Below are positions 1 to 14,244 of a stretch of 64,000 nucleotides of DNA, in pieces (the first letter of the stretch is position 1; the number at the start of each line of letters is the position of its first letter). The stretch lies in NCBI RefSeq assembly GCF_009914755.1, contig NC_060926.1. One strand, given 5' to 3'. The position numbers and the translations under genes are program-made. Origin of the DNA: the human T2T-CHM13v2.0 reference genome, Homo sapiens. The notes below the pieces were generated by a model, which saw only the letters and a program-made list of their open reading frames with translations, was not told where the DNA came from and searched no databases.

Positions 1-329
1 TATCTGCACACTCTCAAATAATTTAACTTACCTGGCAAGATTTAAGATGCTTTATAACATAACCTCCATCTCTTTTATAACTTAATACATCAAGATTTCT
101 CTAAGAGTGAATGTATTCCTCGGCATACCCCAGTCTTCCTATCATTCTTCCCATCATTCATGCATTTGTTTCCTTCCTTTCATTCCCCAAAATGCTCTTT
201 GTTCCCTCTTTTACTTGTCTTTCCTTATCTTTGAGGATTCAGTTATTCAGAGAAGGGAAGCACTCAAGGCTGATCTGTTGCCCCACCACATGCTCCCACA
301 TTGCCTCTGCGTTTCCCCAGTTATAGCAG

Positions 330-498
330 TTTTCTCATGATAAAATGTTCTTACCTGTTTACTTATATACTGCCTCTACTGGGCAAAGATTTAGAAAATA
401 GGGAATGAGTCTTGGTTGTTATATTACCAGAGCCTTTCCTAGCTCTAAATACAGTATAGCCACTCAAGATGTTCTTTTGCAAATAACTAAATGAATAA
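330..498 (+). mobile_element. Degenerate L2 3' end
   Basis: Weak resemblance to the L2 tail, ending ...aaataactaaatgaataaa. Confidence 0.45.
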
Positions 499-1143
499 AA
501 GAGTAAATTCCCTGGAATGCTGTTGTCTGTATCTTCTCATATCCACCTGTCTAAAACAAAACAATTTCTCCAAACACAAACTCTCTCTCTCCCACCCTCT
601 GTTGTACAAACATACACACACTGCACACCACGTCTACACTAAATGACACAAAAAGACCTCATACTAAAGGACATTTTTCTTAGCATTCAGTACCTTTTAT
701 GACACCTGCTATATTCTTTTTTTTGTATATTCTTTGAATACTTTTATTAGCCCCCTATAATATTACAAACTTCTCGATATTGTTTTTACAACTCAATATG
801 CCTACCTCATTGCTGTGAAGATAGAAGATAATATTTGTGAAATTGATTTGAGTAATAAAATCCATTAATGGGTTTTTTACTTTATAGCAATTCTTCTTCC
901 TGACTGTAATCTCCAGACAATGTAAATCATTTGATCTGATCTACTGGGTTATTTTTTCCTAGATAATATTTTATGTCATTCTTTCTTGGAGTGGTTACAC
1001 AGTGTTTTGAACAAGTCATTGTTACTTGACCAAAGTATTCAAAGCAAATGCCCATTACTATTTCCCACTTCTCTATACTATGTCCATGTGTTTTGAGCTT
1101 CTTTCTGTTACTTGGATAAAAATGCACATTTCCATATTGGAGT

Positions 1144-1458
1144 TTTGTTTTTGTTTGTTGTTGTTGGTGGTGTTGTTTTGAGATGGAGTCTCACTCTGTT
1201 GCCAGGCCTGGAGGGCAGTGGCGCGATCTCAGCTCACTGCAACCTCTCCCTCCGGGTTGAAGCAATTCTCCTGCCTCAGCCTCCTGAGTAGCTGGGACTA
1301 CAGGCACGCGCCACCATGCCCAGCTAATTTTTGTATTTTTAATAGAAACGGGGTTTCACCATGTTGGCCAAGATGGTCTAAATCTCTTGACCTCATGATC
1401 CGCCCACCTCAGCCTCCCAAAGTGCTGGGATTACAGGTGTGAGTCACCATGCCCGGCC
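1144..1458 (-). mobile_element. AluS (AluSc-like)
   Basis: Antisense Alu gagatggagtctcactctgttgccagg...gcccggcc, with AluSc-type 'gatggtct..atctcttgacctc.tgatcc'. The tail has decayed to (TTG)n. Short flanking repeat tggagt. Confidence 0.95.
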
Positions 1459-1726
1459 TGGAGTATATTATTAATAGTGTTTTAGCTTTAATTGTTCCCT
1501 CCATGTTGGGTTGTCACCAATTCAAACCATTATGTTTTCCTAAGAAATAAATGAAAATTATGATTCATTGAATTCTCTCTACACTCGATTTTGAGTATCC
1601 CCTTATAACAATATATATCACTGAACATTATTTTATGCTGCATTATTATTCTATCTAATTTTACATATACTTTAAAAAATGTATTGACTACCTCCACTGA
1701 TGGTTAAGATGATGTCTTGCAGTCCC

Positions 1727-2240
1727 TCATTCTACAAATGTTTATTGAACTTCTAGTATGTGCCAACACTGTCTAGGTACTCAGGATCCAATAATAAATG
1801 GTTGAGATATGACGCCTACTCTCCTGGGTTTTGCATTCTAAGCAAGGGAAACAGCTAAGCAGAAAACATTTCAGTCTCATATGTCAAGTGGAGATATGTG
1901 CTCTAAGAAATGTAAGGCTGGGAAAGTGGCATAGAGAATGGCATGGAGTGGAGCCATTTTTTTAAAGGCTGGTAGGAAAGGCTGCAATAAGAAGATACCA
2001 TTTGATCAGAGACCTAAGGCAATGGAGTTCCATGAAGAAGAAAATGCAAAGTCCCTGCAGCAGAAGAGTGCTTGGCAGCCATGAGAAACAGCAATGTGGG
2101 GCTATTACAAATTTAAAGACGGGGAGGAAAGACCCAAATGAAATCCATTAATTAGTGGAGGTCAGATTATGTAATACCTTATAAGTTACAGTAGGGACTT
2201 TGATTTCATTCTGAGTGAAATGGGAAGCCCTTGGACCCAC
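1727..2240 (-). mobile_element. L2 (L2a-like) 3' fragment
   Basis: cattctacaaatgtttattgaacttctagtatgtgccaacactgtctaggtact matches the reverse complement of the L2 3' end, followed by a typical purine-rich body. Confidence 0.8.
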
Positions 2241-2299
2241 TAAATATTTGTTTCATTATCAGTAATAAACAGATACTATCTCAATAGCAAAACCCAGAA

Positions 2300-2420
2300 A
2301 TTGATGGTGGTGAGGGTTGCACAACATTGTGAATGTACTTAATGCCACCGAGTGGTACATTTAAAAATGGTGGAAATGATCAATTCTATGTTATATGTGT
2401 TTTACCACAATTATAAAAAA
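2300..2420 (+). mobile_element. L1MB-type 3' end fragment
   Basis: ggttgcacaacattgtgaatgtacttaatgccac...ttatatgtgttttaccacaattataaaaaa. Confidence 0.85.
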
Positions 2421-3477
2421 CAAACATCTATCTTTAAATACTGCAGGCCAGAGTCTGTGCAAGCACTGGTGAAGACATAGATGATTCAGACACTCAGAAT
2501 CTGCTTTGAGAGAATCTATTCCATATATTATAAATGTAAATACACAATGCAAGGTAGCGTCAATCATGTTCCAAATGAGAGGGCTAGGCTAGGATTTCAC
2601 AGTGGGTATTCTCGGAAACATTAGTCTGGAGACATGCTCTCTGAAATCAAAGGATGTTGCTCAAATAAGTTTGGGGGAAAATGCATCCTTCACCCCTCAT
2701 GGGGATTCACAGCACACATTGGCATATCATGGGCTTTAAAAATAAATGCATGTTAAACCTGTCTAACTTTGCAGAACCTAATGATGTGAAACCATTTTGT
2801 TCGCAGGCCCTTTTTCCTGAATCATCTATTAACAGCCTGAGGGTCTGGTATTCCAAAGAACCTGTGTCACAGGAGACACAAAGCTGAGATAGGAAGGAGT
2901 TAGTGAAGAAAGTGTGATCTGAACTGAGCCCTAAAGGAAAGGTGATAGTTAGATTAGAGAAGAGGAAGGGCATTCAAGGCAGGAGATATGCTAAGTAATT
3001 CACTTCGAAGCAAGTCTCCTAGAACTTGCCTCCTCATATACTATTGAGTTGCAGAATGAATGTCCTAAATATACTGATAACATTGTAATTTTCGTAACCA
3101 TTAACTGGTAAACTTCTTCTAAAACACTCAGTATACCAAAGACACTAAGATAAATTATTTTGCAAAAATTTTCTCAATTCTTTGTCTTTCCTTTATAGAC
3201 CACAAAATTAAGGCCCAGAGAGACTATAACTTACATAGTCATCCCTGCCTAATCGATGCCTGAGCGTCAGTTTTCTCACTCTGGGGCGAGGGTCCTGTTC
3301 CATCAAGGAGGGAGTTGTGGTCTTCATATGTCTGCCATAGACACTATGGAAATAAAGCAAAAAAAAAATCTTATGCAAGATGAAGATTTCAGCATGCAAT
3401 GGATATGGAAACGGAATCAAATTAAAGAACAACGCAAGCTTGGATTTTAATGAAGCTCATCTTTGTTTCTTTTGCAG

Positions 3478-3576
3478 ATCAAATTTTTGGCTCTCATCTG
3501 CACAAAGTGTGTGAACGTGAAAATTCCACAGTTCCGTGGTTTGTAAAGCAATGCATTGAAGCTGTTGAGAAAAGAG
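3478..3576 (+). CDS. ARHGAP15: ARHGAP15 internal coding exon, start of the RhoGAP domain (99 nt, phase 1-1)
   Basis: Acceptor ctttgtttcttttgcag| and donor GAG|gtgggt. Reads (G)AT-CAA-ATT-TTT-GGC... = DQIFGSHLHKVCERENSTVPWFVKQCIEAVEKR(G), a RhoGAP 'FG..L...VP..V..CI..VE..G' pattern recognised as ARHGAP15. Joins in frame to 40667. Confidence 0.96.
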
Positions 3577-6500
3577 GTGGGTGACTGAATGTGCAGCAGT
3601 TCCCCCCATTACTGCACCCTCTACACAACCAATACTCAAGTTAGCAGTGCCACCTGATTTGTCTGAGAAGCCATGCAATTAAAACTTGACTTGTGTTAAT
3701 CGGTTAAGAGGATCATCTTTCTTATTAACTTCAGTTTGTTTTTACAATAGGGACATTAGTAATTCTCACTAATGTTCTTTTTTGTTTTTAATATTTTGTC
3801 TGTCTGACTTACTGTTGATTCAAGTGCAAACTTCTTGTTTTCAAGCCAGTGATAAAACATTCATAAAATATCAGCACTCACAGTGTTAGAACCTTCCTAA
3901 CATTCATGCTGGTAGACGTTGTGCCAGAACAATTTTTGGTAAGCCCCCAACATTACCCAAGTTAAGCAAATAGCATTCTGAATCACAGACAGTGATATCC
4001 CACCTTCCACATGTCTCTGTTCAGTACAGAATACGCTAACGGGTTTTTTCAGGAACAATTAAAAGACACACCTCAAAAGATGACCTTTGATTCCTCTATT
4101 TCAGCATTCTGTTTTTCTTCTGAAATTATTTCATCTTACTGAAGGGAACAAAACAAAACCCAACTGAATCATCATTTCTACTCCACTCTATCTGTGGGGT
4201 GTTTTTCCTTCAAACTATGACTTCATTCATTCAAGGTCATTTTTCCTGGAAGATACATATAGTAGATGCAGAATCTTAAAAAATGTATTGTATAAAAATG
4301 CAAGGCTTCATCACCATCTGTTACAAGTTTACAACATATTCCCAGGATCTAGGGGGATATATATCATGTAAAAGATAGAGGTGTTTTCAGAAAAAAGGAT
4401 TGGTGAACCTATTCCCATTTCCAGCTCCTAGTCTCTTAAGACAATAGAACCAAGGGGAAAAAATCTTTACCCAATAATCTACTAGGAAAAAGCCATTTTA
4501 ATTCTCTCAGTGTTACCTGGCTTTATTATAAAAGCATAATAAAAATGGTCTGCAATTTCTAACTCCTGGAAATTCATACTTTAATTATACTGTAAGGACA
4601 GCCTTGGGATCCTATTATTCCCCTATCAGTAGGGAATGAGAGAATAACAAGAAGGGGAAGAGTGGGTAGGGAATGTGGATAAAGAGAATGACTTTGGGGA
4701 AAGCATATCAACACATCAGAGAGAAGAGCAGAGAGTACAGTGAGAGTAGAAAGCAGCAACTGCAGGATGAACATGAGGAGAGGTATCTGTGAGAAATGAA
4801 GTCAATTGGAGTTTAGAGAAAAATGTTTTTATTGCAAGTTGCAATTTCGTTTAATTTTATAAGTACATTTTTAGGAATAAATATTCTTTGGTAAGTACTT
4901 AAAGACAAAATGGATCACTGAGAATATTATAAAGTTATTATTTCCAATAACTAAATTGTCATCATTTTCAGGAAATCTTCATCCACTTATAAATACTCAG
5001 CCCTGACAGTGTGAGCACTATTAGACCAAAAACCCAAATAGGGCGTTGGGGAAGCACATAATAAGATGTGTGCATGTGTAAAGAAGCGCTCCATTCCTCC
5101 CGATTTATGTCTCCACCCTAGGCAAAACGAAAAACTGCTAGATGCAGCTTTGCGGTGTGCAGATATTATAATATTGTAGAGTAGAAAACGTCTATAAATA
5201 GAAACCATGTCTTTTGTTCATGGCATTTTGTTGGTGATTTTTAATAAAATAAGACAATGTTTTTGCTGACTGGAGCAATCACATCTAGCATTATATTTCA
5301 TTGTCCCTGTGTTTACTCTTAAAATGAATTTGTAGATCCAGCACTAAACAGGCGCTAATCACACATATGATTATTAAAATAATTCCTAAGCATTTTAATG
5401 AAACTCAAAGACTTTCCAATTCCACAAAGCAACTGATAATTCAAAGCACTTTGGCAGCATCAGCTTAAAGGAACCCTATGGAAATATTCAGTAAAAACTA
5501 AGAAGCACAAGATAAACCTCTCACATCATTGCAAGATTTACAAGTGTGTACTTTTGATTATAATTTTCTATGATCATTTTGTTGGATTAATATTCTTATA
5601 TTTATACACCAATTCTATTTACTCAAAGTGTTGTTTTTACGAAATTCTGGCATAAAGCATTTCAGGACAGAAATAATTTATGTGAATCTAAGTCCAATGT
5701 TTATGCAGGCTTCTGATGACATTTTATGCTGGGGTTGGTATTAGGAAGTAGCATATAAAGGCGCCAAGTCTCTCAGCATGGCTGGGACTCAGCATATCTG
5801 GATCCCTCCTTCTAATGGCCAGATACTCTCCCAGCCAAGAAACTCAACTGCAGAGTCATGGGAAATGCTGATGGACCAGTTATGGGAAAGGAACATTTAA
5901 TGAAAACTATGTGTTTACTCTCACAGTCTTAGGGAAATGGTCTTGATACTCACTACATCGGCACATTGGCTGTTATAAAAAAGATTTGTTTCCTTCTCTT
6001 TTTTTTTCTTGTGATTATTTTTTACTCCTTTAAAAAAACCTACAAATTGTGGCTATATCTCTAAAATGCTTATTAGATGGATGATTTAAAATGAAACATT
6101 ATCAGGAAGGCAGATCTCACTATTCATTCATTAATTCATTCATTTATCCATCCAGTCAGTCAGTCAGTTATTTGTCTTACCTGTTTGTAATGAACAGAGC
6201 CAAATTGCTCACACTTCTGTAGTCTCTCCAAGGAAATTCTACCCAGTACTTGGCAAAAGATGCATTCTTTATTCATCCCTGGTAAAGTGATATTAGTTAC
6301 ATTTTAAATTTTGCAACTTTTGGACATGCCTAGAAGAAAATCTATCAATAAACTGAATGTGAACCAATTTAGCTAATAACTTGTTTAGTATGTTTCCTTA
6401 TCTTGATTTGGTTCTCTTTATTACTCTAAACTACCAGAGCATTCTCCTTCTCACCAACTATTATAACTAGATTAACTTCATTTCTGTGGTTTCTGACATT

Positions 6501-6805
6501 GTCTGCTGAGCCTTGAAAATACAAGCAAAATTTGGAAGACAAACTGTTAAGGAGCATGTTAGTCTTTAAAGCTCTTCCAAGTGGTTCCTTCCCGCTTGCC
6601 TTGCCTTTATAGTCGTAGAGCATGTATATGAGAAATCATAATTAGCCAATGAAAAACTCAACTTATGTTTCTTTTTTGAAGCAATTTCTGTGAAAATATT
6701 AAAACACGGTTCTGCTAATTCTTAATTCATATCCTGGGTACAATGACCAAAAGCATGAGATCATCTGACACTATTTTGGAGGTTTGAGGAAACAAGCATG
6801 TAGAG

Positions 6806-7009
6806 CAGGGGTATCTAATCTTTTGGCTTCCTTGGGTCACATTGGAAGAAGAAGAATTGTCTTGGGCTACACATAGCGTTACATACACTAACGCTAACAA
6901 TAGCTAATGAGCTTTAAAAAATGCAGAAAATCTCATAATGCTTTCAGAAAGCTTACAAATTTGTGTTGTGCTGCATTAAAACCCCTGGGCCATGGGTTGG
7001 GAAAGCTTG
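6806..7009 (+). mobile_element. MER30 (hAT-Charlie MITE)
   Basis: caggggtatctaatcttttggcttccttgggtcacattggaagaagaagaattgtcttggg...gggttgggaaagcttg, with a perfect 8-bp TSD atgtagag (6798-6805 / 7010-7017). Confidence 0.93.
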
Positions 7010-7299
7010 ATGTAGAGGAAGGCATTGTGACATATAGTAGATACAAGCAGTGAGAAGTTCATTTTTCACTATGTTATAGAACACTTTGTGTAGTTTATGA
7101 TGACGTCATATGTGTAGAAATTGCTTACTTAAAAATGCGATCACCTGTGTCTCTTAGATACAAGGGCCTAGGAGACCTGAAGTAAACAAAGTATATATTT
7201 TAAACTGGTATAACAAGTAAGACCTTAATTCATAGTTCTTTTTATGCAAAGCATGTAATTGACTATCCTTTGTTGAGGTCCATTATTTGGAAAGAAGCT

Positions 7300-7520
7300 T
7301 TATACAGCACGTGACACCTTGTAAGTACTCAATAAATATTGGTTAAATGAAGCAATCGAAGCCAAATAGCTATTGAGTACCTACTTTGTGTCATCTTCCA
7401 TGTTACCAGCTGATAATACAGAGGAGATAGACATTAAGCAAACAGACACACACGGTTATGTATGTTAGCATAAACTGTGATAAGTACTATGAGAGAAAAG
7501 AACAGACCCTACAAGACAGA
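7300..7520. mobile_element. Two L2 3'-end relics, tail to tail
   Basis: gtaagtactcaataaatattggttaaatga (+) followed by tattgagtacctactttgtg (-). Confidence 0.6.
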
Positions 7521-8029
7521 AGAACCATAACAATAATAAAAAGCAGGGAAATACGTGTGTTTAAAAATGATGTAATAAACCTTGAACGATAAACACATAT
7601 TTATCTGGTTTTATCTTCATTATAAGACCAGGAGACATTTAATTTTGCCTTATTTTGCAAGTTATTTTCTTAACATTGTGACTATGTGATATAGGGAGTC
7701 CTTTGGTGTGAGATCTAAAAGGACATGCCTTAAGTGGCGAACCAGTCATGTTTCTACCCAATAATACCAAACATGCATTTTGCCAAATAGATATTTTATA
7801 TAAGAGTAGTGTTAACTAGATAAATGAGCATATTTCTACCCTAAAGATATTTTTATGGATCCAAAATTTTTTTGGTTTTAAGGGAATAACATTAATTTTT
7901 TTAAGTTTGTAATATAATTTAGATTAGCATTCATTTGGAATATGTCTTAACTCATACTTCCTTCATGATTCCCGGTTCTGGTTAATATGTACCCAAACTA
8001 TTTTAAAACATTAAAATGATACCTAGAGA

Positions 8030-8138
8030 TTTATTGTACAACAGTGTGAATATACTTAGAATTACTGAACTATACACTTAAAAAGGATTAGGAAGAGAAA
8101 TTGTATGTCATATGCTTTTGACCACAATTTTTTTAAAA
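8030..8138 (+). mobile_element. L1MB-type 3' end fragment
   Basis: tgtacaacagtgtgaatatacttagaattactgaactatacacttaaaaagg...gaccacaatttttttaaaa. Confidence 0.75.
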
Positions 8139-11100
8139 TGAAATCATGTTTTTCAAATGTGATAATTCCAGGTATAAGCAACTTTGCAGAATGCCTCAGC
8201 AGATGCTAATCAACAAGAAGTTTGCCCTTTCTGTCTTTTTTCTGGAACACGAAATACTATGACAGGAATGGTACACAAAGTTACATATTTGACTTGGTGC
8301 CTAAAAGCCACCCTGGGATCCATAACCTTGCTTAAAGATTTAAGAAAGACCTTTAGTCTACTTCTGAGAAGGTCCTTAGCCTCAAAAACTTTATCTCTCA
8401 ACTTGACTTCTTAGCAGCTGTTATATTTTTTTGCTGTCGTTTGTTTGACAGGATCCAGTTATAGGTTCCGATGTCTGTTTAAAGAAACAAGGAGGCTGTT
8501 GGCTTTAAAATTCCCTCATTGCTTGTGTGATCAGCATTTTCCCAGGCTTTTCTACATAGTTTGCCAAGCAAAGGGACTGACCTTTTGTAGCAAACACTTT
8601 TTCATTTCAAAATGCTCACTTTGATTTTTGTCCCATTTTATGCTCATTCCAAACTGTTTACAACCCACTAAAAATGACTGTGAATTATATGTTTGTGTAA
8701 TGGATTCCTTTTGTGGTCTGAGTGGAATGTTTACTTTGAACAATTAGTTATCTTTGGGTAGATTATAGCAACTTGGAAAAAGGATGGCTAAAATTATTAT
8801 TATACCTTAACTGTTTCTTTTTTGGTAATTCCTCTACTGTTAGGAGAAGTTTGAGAGAATATGAAATTAACAAGCCTGTGACATTATAAATGAAACCTGT
8901 TTAATTATGTGACTATTTGGATATGTGTGTTAATATCACGAGAAAGCGTGGCTGGACACCTACTCAACTCAGTAATATACTTATCTAACAAAAATGTAAA
9001 ACTTGGCATGTAAATAAATACATGAATATTTGCCATATACATGTTGCATTTGCATATGCACATGAATGTGTTATATAAATAACAGACATGTTAATACAGC
9101 TATTGTACAGTACCCATTGTACAGTATAGTAGCAAGCATTGTAGTTGTTAATATAATTTTCCTGATATTTGATCCAGTGCACCAGTCTGCCTCTTGAGAT
9201 CCTACCGAGTGCTTACTTGCAAAAATCAGACTTTACATAGTTGTTTCCCGTTGCCTTTGAATCCAGGCCCCGAAACTGCAGATCATATTGCCTTCCCTAG
9301 ACAAGCTCTGCTCCCAGTTCTGCTAATTTTATACTGTTCATTCTTTCCCACTTTGGGATAATCTATTATAGTTGGATCCAGGCACGCACTAAAGGCTGAT
9401 ACTTCCATGAAGAATGTGCAATTTGTACTGTTAAATTTGTGATGAGATTCTTGAAAACTTTTATGATTCTATCTTGTTCCAGAGAGACTTCTGCTTGCTA
9501 GTTTTATAAGCAGTGAGTAAAAAAAAGTAACAAAAACAAAACAAACTGATAAAAATTACATGCTCCAAAAAAAAAAAAATCAAGAGTACAAGATAAGCAC
9601 TTTTTCTTTTTCCCTGGAGAATATTTGTGGACTGAACAAAAATGTTTCTGAGGTCAGTGACCTATGTTTTTGTTTTTTTTTTAAGTGTTTGCTTTTCATG
9701 CCTTATGTTAGGCATCTGCATGCATTTACAATGGAGATGATCTTAAAGAAGCTCCATGAAAGTTTGCAGTGAATCTCCTTGGCTTTTCTGAGTTAAAATT
9801 AAGACCAGTTTAGTGCTTTGGTGTTTTGTGTTTTGTTCTGTTTTGTTTTAATGCAGCCACAAAGACTGCCACCTTCCTGACAGCACAGTGTTGTGCTGGG
9901 TCCAAGCTGGAATTGGCTCTTTGGGGTAGTCACGCTGGGGCCTCTGTGTCTGTAAGAAAGCCACATTTAGGGCTCGAGGGGAAGACAAAATCAAAAAAGA
10001 ATAAACAGGAAACAGCCAGCAAGAGTATAAAAGAGAAACTAGGAAAAGACAACCAAAAGAAATCAGAGATGACAAGGTGGAGAGGCGGGGGAAAAGCTGC
10101 ATTTTGCAATTAAGAAAACAAATGTGGATAAGAGGACATGCTTGTGAGGTCTGTAAGAAAGAGAAGACAAACTAGTGAAAACATTGCCATCTCTGCCATA
10201 GGTACCTGATACCTGCTTTGCTGTTCCAGAGAAACTTACTTATGCTCAAGAAAATGCTTGAAACTTAAACCTTGCAATTTATGGCATGCATTGAATGTTC
10301 ACAAACTCTGTATACGGAGCTGGTTATTAATTAATTCACATATTTATTAGTGACATTTAACAGAGTTTATCTATGTCTAGCAATGCATGACAGTCTTATT
10401 ATCAAAAAGAAAGCTTAAACATAACAGAAGTTAATGTAGGAATAAACGTGCAGTTCAACAACCAGAGAGGCTATCTAAGAAATACAGCAATGTGGCTCTG
10501 GTCAAATCAGTCAGCGGATATTCCCACACTTTAAAATCCACAATGCATCAGAATAAATAATGTCGCTTCCCAGATACAGCCTGAGTCTAATTTCCAACCT
10601 CCACCCCCAATGTAAAGTTTAGGTTCTTAACATACTTTTCCCTTGGAGTCAGTTGGAAGGAACAGAGCCAAAATTAAGACCCTAGGAAATTAGCTTCTTA
10701 TTGTGTATGGGGAATTTAAATAATGCAACACCTCAACTTACCAAGATGCAATACTCTCAAATAGCCTATACTGGTGTCATTTACACAGTGGGAGTTCTAG
10801 GACTGGGAGTTTTCCCATTACAAGGCCCTATATGCAGAACTTAAGAGTTCCACCATAAAAATAATCTTGTCTGAAAGTTAGCAGGATGTTTTAGCCTGGA
10901 AGCAAATGTTTACAAAATTTGAAAAAAAATTGCATGCATTTGGAAAGCTTTCAGGTTTTCAAAAAGCAGAAGCAAATAATAATAAGGCAGTCAGAGATTT
11001 TCAGATTTTTTTGCCCTAGCATTCAAAAACTGACTTGTAGCTTTTCAGTAGAAATGTTTTGATTCTTGTCCCATAATATGAACTGATTGATTAAAAATAA

Positions 11101-11799
11101 TCAACTTTCACAACAGTGTCACTCTGTTTTATGAAATAATTTGTTGTTTACTGGTAGAAAAAGAATCTATACATTGTATTTGTGTAGGTATTTCCCTAGG
11201 GTTTAAAAATTAATGATAATTAAGAAACCAAATTAATTCAGGAAGCTATAAATGAAACCCAAATATTATACTCCTTTGTGGATTTCCTAAAGCATGATGT
11301 TCTTTTTTAAAGTTTATACCAAAAAAAATGACATTTTCCAAGGGATTTTTATACTTTCAAATTGTATACTCAATTTAAGCATTAATCAATTAGTCTACAC
11401 ATATATGGTAAAAGAGACATACAGATTCCAGGTGAAATAATTACAGTGGTCTATATGAATGAACATGACATATTTTTTTGTACAGGATATTTAGAACTTT
11501 TTACCCATTTCCTTAAAAGACTCATGTCTTAGAGATTCCTCTAAATTCTTTGGGAGGTTATCTTATAGACGAGTAGGCTATACAGTTAAAGATGTTTTTC
11601 TTGGGTTCAAAATAATCATTTATTTTCTTGTTTTATCTCTCTTTGCCTGATTTTATACGTTTCAAGTCGCTTCCTATTTTTGGTTCAGAAAAAAAAAATG
11701 GAAAAAATCAAGGGCTGGACACTTTGAGAAAAAAACCTAACTCTGCAAAACCAAAATAGCTCTGAAATGATAATGCTGGAAGAATTCTTGAGGTTATAG

Positions 11800-11990
11800 T
11801 AGACCAGAGACCCAATATGTAAATACACACTCTTTTTTAAGAAGATAATAATGTCCTATATCTAGGGTGTAAGTATATATTATAGAAGAAAAATATTTAA
11901 AATATTAAGTACATGATGTGCTCCCTCGTGTATAAGCCAACTTCTCATATGGTACCTAACACATAATGAATTCTCAGTAAATGGTGTATA
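11800..11990 (+). mobile_element. MIR relic
   Basis: Core-like aagataataatgtcctatatctagggtgt and tail ggtacctaacacataatgaattctcagtaaatgg. Confidence 0.5.
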
Positions 11991-13169
11991 ATCAGATAAA
12001 TTATATTCAACATTGCTGAAATCCTCATTGGAGAGTTGCACACCATTGCTACCGATGCATATAGTTGATAGTATAAAAAGATCAATCACCAACAGTTGTT
12101 GGTTGAAGGCAGCTCAGAGAATAACATGGTCTGTAAATCCACTTTTTAAACATTTAAACAAGTTCATTTCTGATAAGAGTATATCATATTGTTCAATAAG
12201 GTACCATTCTTGCTATCAATACACAGCTATGCTAAACAATTGAAGTTAGGTTTCCTTAATGATTTTATTTTCATCGATTTTTGGATACTCCATTTAAGTT
12301 AACCATCAGCAACTACTAAAATATCCATTCTCTACTCATTTTCATCAGAGGAAGTCATATCCCATTAGGCATTGTTTCAATTCCAATAGCCTGCTGTTTT
12401 TAATCAAGTAACTGAATGGTAACTATGACTTGTAATTGACATGCCTGAGAATGGTCAGGCTTAGGCTCAGTTCCCATAACCACACAGCAAGTTAAGCCCC
12501 ACATCTTTTCCTTTAATTCAGACTTGGAATGCCATGTTAGTGCTGTTTTGTATTAGTTTACTTCCCTGTGAATATATCACCCTCTTGATTCATTGTTTGT
12601 TTTCCATGTACCTCTCAGGAAATTTTTATTTGGATGATAATTTTTTTGAGTTGATAGAGACTGTCCAATAATTAAAATAAGAAATATATGGTCAATACAC
12701 AGGATCTATCAATTTGAAGTTAATGAAGACAGAATACATGATTTTGCTATTGGATATTGATTTCATTTCCTCCAAATTTACTTCCTAGCAGAAAAAAAAA
12801 GTTAAACTCTGCTGTTGCTATCAAAAGCTCTGTAAAGACGTTGAATATACCAATGTTATTAAAATTGGACTGTTGTCTTTCTTCTTTTAAAATGATGTTG
12901 TTCTTGTTATATTTTGCATTTTCTGACAGTTTGGGATGACTAACTCTTTAGTCTCCCTATAGAACAGTTGCACACCTAACAGATGGTATTGTCACGACAA
13001 CAGTGAGATTTTTTTCTTCCTTTTGTCTTGAAGGTAGGCATTTGACGATGTATTTGATATTACATAGTCTAATATTGGAGTCCATGTGTTTGGCCTAGAG
13101 TTTGACAGCATAAGAAACATTCATTTCCTCTGGATTTAATTATTGACTCTGACATTTCATGCTACTGGT

Positions 13170-14244
13170 TTTCTCAGGGTGATCTCAATTATACCTAAAG
13201 CTTCAGTGAGCCCTTCAATGACTTCAGAGCTCCTATATGCAAATAATTACTCAAGCTGTTTTTTTCCCACTCAGATCCATGGTCTAGAAACAACCCTTCT
13301 TGAATTTTCCTCTGTCTCCTCAAACTGAACTTTTTTGAACTAAACTCATCACTTTTCCCAACAAAGATGTTCCTCCTATTTTATTTCTTAACTCAGCCCG
13401 CAGCATTACAATCTATATTCCCCATTGCCCTAGAAAGAAATATGTTAGACATCTTAGATTCTTCTCTCTCATTACAGACAGAATCATTCACCAAGCCTCA
13501 TGAGCTCTACTTTCTTACTATCTCTTGAATCTGGTTCTTCCTTTCACTTTCTGTGACCTTGATTGGGCCTCCATACTTCCTTTTGAGATAAATCTCCTAA
13601 GGAGGTCTTTGCCTTTGTTCTTATTTCTGCCCAGGCCACTCTTTTCAATGCTGCCAAAATGATCCCTCTTAAATACAAATAAGATTGTGTTATCCCCTCT
13701 TAGAATCCTCCAATGATTCATTGATCTCATAAGGATAAACAAAATTCCACACTAATTACCCCCATAAAAAAGGATAAGCATATGACCTCTGTCTACTGTT
13801 CAGCTTCATATCCTTATAAGCTGCTTTCTATGCTCCAGGAATACCAAGTACATGAATTTTTCTAATGGCCTATTCCTTTCCCATGCTTTTCTTTCTCCCT
13901 TTTTATCCATCTGCCAAATTCACATTCATCTTCTTGTGAATATCACAAGAATCACCTTCTCCAAGGAATATTCTCTAACTTAAATCCATAACCATCCCGC
14001 CATGATCTCTTGAACATCATTAGCCCCTTCCTCCACAATATTCCAGTGACAGCTTTGCTTTTCCTAATAGAGCCCTTATTGCCTGGAACTACAATGGCTT
14101 GTTTCATTATCTGTTTCCCTATCTAGAGTGTGAGTCCTTGAGTCTAGGAATTATGGTTGGATCACTCCGTCCCCACAGTGCTTAGCACACTATACCTGGC
14201 ATATGATAGGGCCTCAATTCATAATGGATGATTAAATGGATGAA
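13170..14244 (+). mobile_element. L2 fragment (~1 kb)
   Basis: Pyrimidine-rich L2 body ending ccccacagtgcttagcacac...cctggcatatgatagggcctcaa...ggatgattaaatggatgaa. Confidence 0.8.

Noticed and set aside
7100-7109. Perfect CRE palindrome ATGACGTCAT
   Set aside because: An isolated motif with no supporting promoter or enhancer context.
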